Below are positions 21,820 to 30,000 of a DNA stretch of 64,000 bases, one piece after another. The notes under the pieces are model-generated. The model saw only the letters and a program-made list of their open reading frames with translations, did no database searches and was not told the origin of the DNA. Position 1 is the stretch's first letter. Every line of letters starts with the position of its first letter. The translations under genes were made by a program, and so were the position numbers. This stretch comes from an uncultured Gemmatimonadales bacterium (lineage in GTDB: Bacteria; Gemmatimonadota; Gemmatimonadetes; Longimicrobiales; Longimicrobiaceae): positions 6,880,001 to 6,944,000 of the forward strand of contig OY970303.1 of assembly GCA_963716255.1 (NCBI GenBank), read 5' to 3'.

Positions 21820-22917
21820 ATGGATCCGCCCTGCGGTACGGACCCACCCGCGAGCATTCCCGGACGCTTCCACGGCTCCGGGCTTCGCCCGGCGTCGGGT
21901 GCGGCCGGCGCGCGCGCGCCGGCGGGCGGCTCGGCGCCGCGCGGCCCCGAGCTGGTGGGGTGCTCCACGGAGATCGTGCAGCTCAAGCGGATGATCGACG
22001 TGGTGGCGCCCACGCCCAGCACCGTCCTGATCAACGGGGAAACGGGCACCGGAAAGGAAGTGGTGGCCCGCCGGCTCCACGCGCGCTCCGACCGCGCCCA
22101 CCGGCAGTTCGTGGCCGTGAACTGCGCGGCGCTCCCCGAGCACCTGGTGGAGTCCGAGCTGTTCGGCTTCGAGCGCGGCGCCTTCACCGGGGCCGCCTAC
22201 TCCAGGCCCGGCTACTTCGAGGAGGCCAGCGGCGGGACGCTGTTCCTGGACGAGGTCACCGAGCTTCCCCCCGGGCTCCAGGCCAAGCTCCTGCGCGCGC
22301 TCCAGGAGCGCGAGATCCGCCGCCTGGGCGGCACGCGCAGCATCACCGTGGACGTGCGCGTGGTCGCCGCTTCCAACGTGGACCTGGCCGAGGCGCTCCG
22401 CGACGGGAGGCTCCGCTCCGACCTGTACTACCGGCTGCGCGTCATCGAGCTTCACCTTCCCCCCCTGCGCGGACACCGGGAGGACATCCCCCTCCTCTGC
22501 GACCACTTCCTCAAGTCGCACGCTCCCGCCGTGTGCTCGCCGCTCTGCAGGACGGGCACCGCCGCGCTGGAGGCCATGGAGGCCTACCACTGGCCGGGGA
22601 ACGTCCGGGAGCTGGAGAACGCGGTGGAGCGCGCGATGGTGTTCGCCCGCGCCGAGGAGGCGGACACGCTGCTGCCGCACCACCTCCCCGCGGAGATACG
22701 CGGGCACTTCGCCGCCACCTCCGACGAGCGCAGCGCGGGCGAGGCCCGGCTGGACATGCTCAGCGCCATACGCCGCCTGCGCAGGCGCTACCTGGCGGAA
22801 GCGCTCCACCTGGCCAGCGGCAACAAGGTGGAGGCCGCCCGCCTCCTGGGCATCAGCCGCCGCGGCCTGTACGACCTCATCGAGGAGGCCGGGGGCGCCG
22901 CCCCTCCCCCCGGCTGA
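21820..22917 (+). CDS. Sigma-54-dependent activator (AAA+ and Fis HTH) without an N-terminal sensor domain
   Basis: GETGTGKE, ESELFG.ERGAFTGA, GTLFLDE, WPGNVRELEN, AARLLGISRRGLY; start uncertain. Confidence 0.93.
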   Translation: MDPPCGTDPPASIPGRFHGSGLRPASGAAGARAPAGGSAPRGPELVGCSTEIVQLKRMIDVVAPTPSTVLINGETGTGKEVVARRLHARSDRAHRQFVAVNCAALPEHLVESELFGFERGAFTGAAYSRPGYFEEASGGTLFLDEVTELPPGLQAKLLRALQEREIRRLGGTRSITVDVRVVAASNVDLAEALRDGRLRSDLYYRLRVIELHLPPLRGHREDIPLLCDHFLKSHAPAVCSPLCRTGTAALEAMEAYHWPGNVRELENAVERAMVFARAEEADTLLPHHLPAEIRGHFAATSDERSAGEARLDMLSAIRRLRRRYLAEALHLASGNKVEAARLLGISRRGLYDLIEEAGGAAPPPG

Positions 22918-23137
22918 GTGCCGGGATCGTGCACACGTGCCCGGTCCGCGGTGTGAAGTCCGCTGTACACCCGCCGCCCTCCCCCCTCCCGCTCCTTTTC
23001 TGAAAACCCGCGTGTTCGCTGCCGGGACGACCGGGGCGCTCCCGGCGCTCCCCCGGGTACGCTCCTTGTCTCTGGCGACGCCGACGCTCCGCTCCTCCCG
23101 GTGGCCCTCTCCACCTTCGCGTCGGACACGGAGATCC

Positions 23138-24154
23138 ATGCTCCCGCCCCTCCTCGTCCCCCTCCCGCTCGCGCGGGTCCCGGCCGCCGCGTCCCCACGG
23201 CCCGCCCGGGCCATGGGCCGCCTCCGCCGCCGCCTCTTCGGGATCGAGGCCGCGGAGGCGACCTTCGCCCGCCGCGGCTTCGCGTCCGGGTGCGCCGCCG
23301 ACCGGCGCCGGCTGGAGGGCGTCGGCTTCGCTTTCCTGGGCGGCTACCACGCCGCGCTGGAGGAGGACGGCGCGGCGGAGCTGGGCGCCCGGCTGGAGGG
23401 GACGGAGCCCGCGCTGCGCGGCTTCGCCTTCGAGGGGGCGGCCATGGGGCTGGCGCTGCTGGACCGGCTCACCCCCTGGCGGCGCGACCGCCTGCGGACC
23501 TTTCTGCGCGGCCCCGGGGCGCCGCACGTCTACATGGTGCACGTGGGCGCCGGCTGGGCGCTGGCGCGGCTGCGGCGGAGGTTCGGCGGGCCGCCGCGGG
23601 ACATGGACCCGCTGCTGGGGTGGCTGGCCGCGGACGGGTACGGCTTCCACGAGGGCTACTTCCACCCGGCGAGGTTCGCGGCGGGGGGCGCGGCGCCCGG
23701 CCGCGTGTCCGGCTACGCGCGGCGGGTCTTCGACCAGGGGCTGGGCCGCAGCCTCTGGTTCGTCCACGGGGCGGATCCCGGCCGGATCGCGGCGGCGGTC
23801 GCCGGCTTCGCGCCGGTGCGGCGCGCCGACCTGTGGAGCGGCGCCGGGCTGGCGTGCGCCTACGCCGGCGCGGCGGGGGCGGGCGCGGCCGCGGCGCTGG
23901 CGGACGCGGCCGGCCCGCACCGGCCGGCCGCGGCGCAGGGCGCCGCCTTCGCGGCGCGGGCGCGCCAGCGCGCCGGCAACCCCGCGGAGCACACGGAGCG
24001 CGCCTGCCGCGCCCTGTGCGGCGTACCCGCCGCCGCCGCCGCCGCGGCGACCGAGGCCGCGCTGGCGGAGCTCGCGCCGCGGGCGGGGCTGCCGGCGTAC
24101 GAGGTGTGGCGGCTCCGCATCCAGCAATCCTTTGCGCGGGAGGACACGCCATGA
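23138..24154 (+). CDS. unbL: Enediyne cassette protein E3 (UnbL/DUF1702-like)
   Basis: F.RRGF, GFAFEGAAM, HVYMVHVGAGWALAR, DGYGFHEGYF, DQGLGRSLWF, DLWSGAGLACAYAG; first gene of the cassette. Alternative start 23213. Confidence 0.9.
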   Translation: MLPPLLVPLPLARVPAAASPRPARAMGRLRRRLFGIEAAEATFARRGFASGCAADRRRLEGVGFAFLGGYHAALEEDGAAELGARLEGTEPALRGFAFEGAAMGLALLDRLTPWRRDRLRTFLRGPGAPHVYMVHVGAGWALARLRRRFGGPPRDMDPLLGWLAADGYGFHEGYFHPARFAAGGAAPGRVSGYARRVFDQGLGRSLWFVHGADPGRIAAAVAGFAPVRRADLWSGAGLACAYAGAAGAGAAAALADAAGPHRPAAAQGAAFAARARQRAGNPAEHTERACRALCGVPAAAAAAATEAALAELAPRAGLPAYEVWRLRIQQSFAREDTP

Positions 24155-26079
24155 GGGACGCCATGGCCGGGGCGGCGCGGAGGTACGGGAAGCGGCTCGC
24201 GGCGCTGGCGGTGGTGGCGGCGCTGTACGGTGCGGCGCGTCTTCCCTCCCTCCCCGCGGGCGAGCGGGCGGCGCTCGCCGGGCGCTTCCGCTTCGCCGGA
24301 GCCGCGGTCCCGGAGGCGCGGGGGGTCCCCCGCCGCGGGATCCGCGAGGTGCACCCCGACCTCCGGCCCATCCGGGCGTGGATCTCGTCGGTGGGCGCCG
24401 CGGTGGCGCTGCATGACCTGGACGGCGACGGGCTCCCCAACGACCTGTGCTCGGTGGACCCGCGCACCGACGCGGTGACGGTGGCCCCGGTCCCCGGCAC
24501 CCCGCCGCGCTACGCGCCCTTCCCGCTCGACGCGGCGCCGCTGCCCTTCGCCCGCGCCACCATGGCGCCCATGGGGTGCCTGCCCGCGGACCTGGACGAG
24601 GACGGCGCGGCGGACCTGGTGGTCTACTACTGGGGACGGACCCCGGTGGCGTTCCTGCGCCGCGGCGGGGAGCCGGGGGGGCGGCTCCGCCCGGACGCGT
24701 TCGCGCGGGTGGAGGTGGCTCCCGGCGGCGCGCGGTGGTACACCAACGCCATGACCTTCGCGGACGTGGACGGCGACGGGCACGGGGACCTGGTGGTGGG
24801 GAACTACTTCCCGGACGGCGCCCGCGTCCTGGACGCGGCGGGGGGTGGGCGGGAAAGCATGCAGCACTCCATGTCGCGCGCGCTGAACGGCGGCCGGGAC
24901 CGCGTCCTCCTGTGGGCCGGCGCGGGGCCGGGGCCGGCGGTGCGCTTCCGCGAGGCGCCGGGCGCGCTGGACGACGCGTCCGCGGACGGGTGGACGCTGG
25001 GGCTGGGCGCCGCGGACCTGGACGGCGACCAGCTCCCGGAGCTGTACATCGCCAACGACTTCGGCCCCGATCGGCTCCTCCACAACCGGTCGCTCCCCGG
25101 CCGGCCGCGCTTCGCGCAGCTCCACGGAGTGCGGTCGCTCACCACCCCAGGGTCCAAGGTGCTGGGCCGCGACTCGTTCAAGGGGATGGGCGTGGGCTTC
25201 GGGGACCTGAACGACGACGGCCTGCTTGACATCTACGTGAGCAACATCGCCGCGGAGTGGGCGCTGCAGGAAAGCCACTTCGCCTGGGTGAGCACCGGCG
25301 GGACGGGGCGGATGCGGGGCGGGGAGGCACCCTACGTGGACCGCAGCGAGCCGCTGGGATTGTCGCGGAGCGGCTGGGGGTGGGACGCGCGCCTGGCGGA
25401 CTTCGACAACGACGGGGTCCTGGAGGCGGTGCAGGCCACCGGCTTCGTGCGGGGGACGACCGACCGCTGGCCGGAGCTGCACGAGATCGCCATGGGCAAC
25501 GACCAGCTCCTCGCCAGCCCGCGAAGCTGGCACCGCTTCGGGCCGGGGACGGAGCTGAACGGGCACGACCCCAACCCGTTCTTCGTGCGCGCCGCGGGCG
25601 GGCGGTACAGCGACCTCGCGGCGGAGGTGGGGCTGGGCGGGGCGCAGGTGTCGCGGGGGATCGCCCTGGCGGACGTGGACGGCGACGGCCGGGTGGACAT
25701 GGCGGTCGCCAACCAGTGGGAGCCGTCGCGCTTCTTCCGCAACCTCGCGCCGCGCCCCGGGGCGTTCCTGGGGCTCCGCCTCCTCCTCCCCACCGCGAAC
25801 GGGCGCGGGCGCCCGGCCGTGGGCGCGCAGGCCACGCTCCTCCTCCCGGACGGCCGGCGGCGCGTGGCGCAGGTGGACGGGGGCACGGGGCACTCGGGGA
25901 AGTGCGCCCCGGAAGTGCACTTCGGGCTGGGGGAGGTGCCGGCGGGCGCGCGCGTACGGGTGGAGGTGCGCTGGCGGGGGGCGGACGCACTCACGCACGC
26001 GGACACGCTGGGCCTGGCGCCGGGGTGGCACACGGTGCTCCTCGGGGACTCTGCCGCCACGGGAGGAGCCGATGAGTGA
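24151..26079 (+). CDS. unbV: Enediyne cassette protein E4 (UnbV; FG-GAP repeats plus ASPIC/UnbV)
   Basis: WISSVGAAVALHDLDGDG..NDLC, APMGC, SKVLGRDSFKGMG, WPELHE, QVDGG.GHSGK; ATGA overlap with E3. Confidence 0.92.
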   Translation: MRDAMAGAARRYGKRLAALAVVAALYGAARLPSLPAGERAALAGRFRFAGAAVPEARGVPRRGIREVHPDLRPIRAWISSVGAAVALHDLDGDGLPNDLCSVDPRTDAVTVAPVPGTPPRYAPFPLDAAPLPFARATMAPMGCLPADLDEDGAADLVVYYWGRTPVAFLRRGGEPGGRLRPDAFARVEVAPGGARWYTNAMTFADVDGDGHGDLVVGNYFPDGARVLDAAGGGRESMQHSMSRALNGGRDRVLLWAGAGPGPAVRFREAPGALDDASADGWTLGLGAADLDGDQLPELYIANDFGPDRLLHNRSLPGRPRFAQLHGVRSLTTPGSKVLGRDSFKGMGVGFGDLNDDGLLDIYVSNIAAEWALQESHFAWVSTGGTGRMRGGEAPYVDRSEPLGLSRSGWGWDARLADFDNDGVLEAVQATGFVRGTTDRWPELHEIAMGNDQLLASPRSWHRFGPGTELNGHDPNPFFVRAAGGRYSDLAAEVGLGGAQVSRGIALADVDGDGRVDMAVANQWEPSRFFRNLAPRPGAFLGLRLLLPTANGRGRPAVGAQATLLLPDGRRRVAQVDGGTGHSGKCAPEVHFGLGEVPAGARVRVEVRWRGADALTHADTLGLAPGWHTVLLGDSAATGGADE

Positions 26080-27049
26080 GAGCGCCGCGGGCCGCGCGCC
26101 CGACCGGCTGGGGGGGCTGCGGCGCTTCGCCGTCGCCATCACCGTCCTCAACGTCCTGGGGCACACGGTCCTCGGCTTCGAGCCGTCGTGGGCGCACCCG
26201 CTGGCGGCGCTGGCCGCCGCCTACGCCACGGAGTGGCTGCTGGAAGCGCTGGACGCGCGGCTCGCCCATCGCCCGCCGCGGTGGCGGGGAGGAACCCGCG
26301 CCACGGTGGACTTCTTCCTGTCGGCCCACATCTCCGGGCTGGCCGTGTCCATGCTCCTGTACGCCAACGAGAGGCTCGCCCCCGTCGCCTTCGCGGCCGC
26401 GGCGGCCATCGCCTCCAAGACGCTCTTCCGCCTCCCGGCGGAGCGCGGCGGGCGCCACTTCTTCAACCCCTCCAACTTCGGGATCACGCTCACGCTGCTG
26501 CTCTTCCCGTGGGTGGGGATCACCCCCCCGTACCACTTCACGGAGGGGCTGGACGGCGCGGCGGACTGGCTCCTCCCGGCGGTGATCGTGGGCACGGGGA
26601 CGCTGCTGAACGCGCGCTTCACCCACCGGCTCCCGCTGGTCGCGGCCTGGCTGGCGGGCTTCGCCGCGCAGGCGGTGCTGCGCCACCTGTTCCTGGACGC
26701 GTCGCTGGCCGCGGCGTGGCTCCCCATGACGGGGGTGGCCTTCATCCTGTTCACCTTCTACATGGTCACCGACCCGGCCACCACCCCGGAGCGGCCCGCG
26801 GAGCAGGTGGCGTTCGGGGCGTCGGTGGCGGCGGCGTACGGGCTGCTGATGACGGCGCACGTGGTGTTCGGGCTCTTCTTCGCCCTTTCCGCCGTGTGCG
26901 CCCTGCGCGGCGGCGCGGCGTACGCCGCGGCCCTCGCGGCGCGCGCGCGGCCGGCGCGGGCGCCCGCCTCCGCCCCCATCACGGTGCCGGTGGGCGTCAT
27001 CCCGCTCCCCCGGCGCGAGGCCGCGCTGTACGCCGAGAGGGAGCCGTGA
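26072..27049 (+). CDS. unbU: Enediyne cassette membrane protein E5 (UnbU)
   Basis: LRRFAVAITVLNVLGHTVLGFE, AHISGLAV, HFFNPSNFGI, FTFYMVTDPATTP. Confidence 0.92.
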   Translation: MSESAAGRAPDRLGGLRRFAVAITVLNVLGHTVLGFEPSWAHPLAALAAAYATEWLLEALDARLAHRPPRWRGGTRATVDFFLSAHISGLAVSMLLYANERLAPVAFAAAAAIASKTLFRLPAERGGRHFFNPSNFGITLTLLLFPWVGITPPYHFTEGLDGAADWLLPAVIVGTGTLLNARFTHRLPLVAAWLAGFAAQAVLRHLFLDASLAAAWLPMTGVAFILFTFYMVTDPATTPERPAEQVAFGASVAAAYGLLMTAHVVFGLFFALSAVCALRGGAAYAAALAARARPARAPASAPITVPVGVIPLPRREAALYAEREP

Positions 27050-30000
27050 CCCCCGGCATCGCCATCGTGGGCCTGGCGTGCCGGTACCCGGACGCGCCCA
27101 CCCCCGCCGCGCTGTGGGAGAACGCGCTGGCGCAGCGGTGCGCCTTCCGCCCCATCCCCCCGGAGCGGCTGCGCCTGGCCGACTACGCGGGGGAGCCGGA
27201 CGGGACGTACGTGGCGGAGGCCGCGGTGCTGGAGGGCTGGGAGTTCGACCGGGTCCGCTTCCGGGTCTCGGGCGAGGCGTTCCGCGCGGCCGACCCGGCC
27301 CACTGGCTGGCGCTGGAGGTGGCGGCGGACGCCCTGGCGGACGCGGGCTTTCCCGGCGGCGAGGGGCTGCCGCGCGAGGCCGCCGGCGTGCTCCTGGGGA
27401 ACTCGCTCACCGGCGAGTTCTCGCGCGCCGGCGCGCTGCGGCTGCGCTGGCCGTACGCGCGGCGGGTGGCGGACGCGGCGCTGGCGGAGGCGGGGTGGGG
27501 GGCCGCGGAGCGGGGGCGGCTGCTGCGCGCCATGGAGGCCGCCTTCAAGGCGCCCTTCCCGGAGCCGGGCGGCGAGACGCTGGCGGGCGGGCTCTCCAAC
27601 ACCATCGCCGGTCGCATCTGCAACCAGTTCGACCTGCACGGCGGCGGCTACACCGTGGACGGCGCCTGCGCCTCCTCGCTCCTGGCGGTGGCGAGCGCCT
27701 GCTCGGCGCTGGCGGCGGGGGAGCTGGACGTGGCGCTCGCCGGCGGGGTGGACCTGAGCCTGGACCCGTTCGAGCTGGTGGGGTTCGCGCGGGTGGGGGC
27801 GCTCGCGGCGGGGGAGATGCGCGTCTTCGACCGGCGCCCGGGCGGCTTCCTCCCCGGCGAGGGGTGCGGGATGGCGGTGCTGATGCGCCTGTCCGACGCG
27901 CTGGCGCTGCGGCGGGCGCCGTACGCGACCATCCGGGGGTGGGGGATCTCGTCGGACGGGCAGGGCGGGCTCACCCGCCCGGAGGTGGCGGGCCAGCTCC
28001 TGGCGCTCCGCCGGGCCTACGCGCGCGCGGGCTTCGGGGCGGAAACGGTCGCCCTCTTCGAGGGGCACGGGACGGGGACGGAGGTGGGGGACGCCACCGA
28101 GCTGCGCGCGCTCTCCGAGGCGCGGGGCGGGGGCGGGGCGATTCCCCCGGCCGTGGTCGGGTCGGTCAAGGCGATCGTCGGCCACACCAAGGCCGCCGCG
28201 GGAATCGCGGGGATGATCAAGGCCGCCATGGCGCTGCACGCGCAGGTGGTCCCCCCCACGGCCGGGTGCCGCGAGCCCCACCCGGAGCTGTGCGGCGGCG
28301 CGCGCGCGCTCCGCGCCGAGGCGGAGGGCGGCGCCTGGCCGGCCGGCTTCCCGCTCCGCGCGGGGGTGAGCAGCTTCGGCTTCGGGGGGATCAACGCGCA
28401 CGTGGCGCTGGAGGGCGTGTCGCCGGAGCGGTCCGGCGCCGTGCCCGCCGCGGTGGAGGCGCTGCTTCGGTCGCACCAGGACGCGGAGCTGTTCCTGCTG
28501 GACGCCGACGACGCGCCGGGGCTCGTCCGCCGCGCCGAGCGGCTGCGCGAGCGCGGCGCGCGGCTGTCGCGCGCCGAGCTGGGCGACGCGGCGGCGGCGC
28601 TGCACGCGGAGCTGGCCGGCGGGCGCGTGCGCGCGGCGCTGGTCGCCGCCACGGCCGCGGAGCTGGCGCGGCGCGCGGACGTGCTGCTGGGGTGGCTTCG
28701 CTCCGGCGCGGAGCGGGGGGTGGACGCGCGCGGCGGGGTCTTCCTGGGTGCGGCGGACGCGGCGCCGCGCGTCGGCTTCCTCTTCCCGGGGCAGGGCTCG
28801 CCCTCATACCCGGGCGGCGGGCTCGCGCGGCGGCGCTTCCCCGCGTTCGCCGCGGCGTACCGCGGCGCCGGCCCCTCCGCGGGGGGCGACGACATCGCCA
28901 CGGAGGTGGCGCAGCCCGCCATCGCCGCCGCGTCCGCCGCCGCGCTGGCGCTGCTGCGGGAGCTGGGGATCGAGGCCGCGGCGGCGGTGGGCCACAGCCT
29001 GGGCGAGCTGGCCGCGCTGCACTGGGGCGGCGCGCTCTCGGCGGAGGCGCTGCTGCGCACCGCCGCCGCCCGGGGCCGCGCCATGGCGGAGCTGGGCGAG
29101 GCGGGCGGCGCGATGCTCGCCGTGCGCGCCCCGGCGGACGACGTCCGGGCGCTCCTGGCGGGGACGGACGCCGTGGTGGCCGGCGTGAACGCCCCGGACC
29201 GCACGGCGGTGGCGGGGCCGGCCGCGGCGGTGGAGCGCGTGGCGGAGCGGGCGGCGGCGCGCGGCTGGGAGGCGCGGCGGCTCGCCGTGTCGCACGCCTT
29301 CCACTCGCCGCTGGTCGCGGCGGCGGCGGGCCCGCTGGCGCGCCACCTCGCCGCGGAGGAGGTCGCCCCGCTGGCGCGGAAGGTGGCCTCCACCGTCGCC
29401 GGGCGGGTGCTGTCCCCGGACGACGACCTGCGCGCGCTGCTGGCGCGGCAGGTGACCGCCCCGGTGCTCTTTTGCGACGCGCTCGCCGCGCTGCGGGACG
29501 CGGTGGAGCTGTGGATCGAGGTGGGCCCCGGGCGCGTCCTGGCCGGGCTGGCCGCGGAACAGGTGGACGCCCCCGTGCTCGCCACGGACGCGGGCGGACC
29601 GTCCGTGGCCGGGGTGCTGGCGTCGGCCGGGTGCGCCTGGGCGCTGGGCGCGCCGGTGCGCACCGCCGCGCTCTTCGCCGGCCGCTTCGTCCGCCCCATC
29701 GACCTGGACCGCGCGCCGCGCTTCCTCGCCAGCCCCTGCGAGGCGGCGCCCGTGGACTCCGGCTGCGCCGCCCCCGCGGCCGCGGAGCCCCGGCCCATCC
29801 CCGGCTCCGCGGACCCGGCGGCCTCCGAGCTGGAGACCGTGCGCGCGCTGGTGGCGGAGCGCGCCGAGCTCCCCGCCGCGGCCGTGGGCGACGGCGACCT
29901 GCTCCTGGGCGACCTGCACCTCAACTCCATCGTGGTCGGGCAGCTGGTGGTGGAGGCCGCGCGCCGCCTGGGGCTGGCCGCTCCCGCGATGCCCGCGGAG

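Noticed and set aside
22929..22970. GTGT…ACAC inverted motif as an activator enhancer
   Set aside because: Short, single occurrence, and no -24/-12 element was found between it and E3.
26188..27045. N-terminal extensions of PKSE and of other ORF-track calls (E4, ADOP, PAP2, A-T-R, VOCs)
   Set aside because: They overlap real upstream genes; coupled starts at stop-codon overlaps give normal protein sizes.
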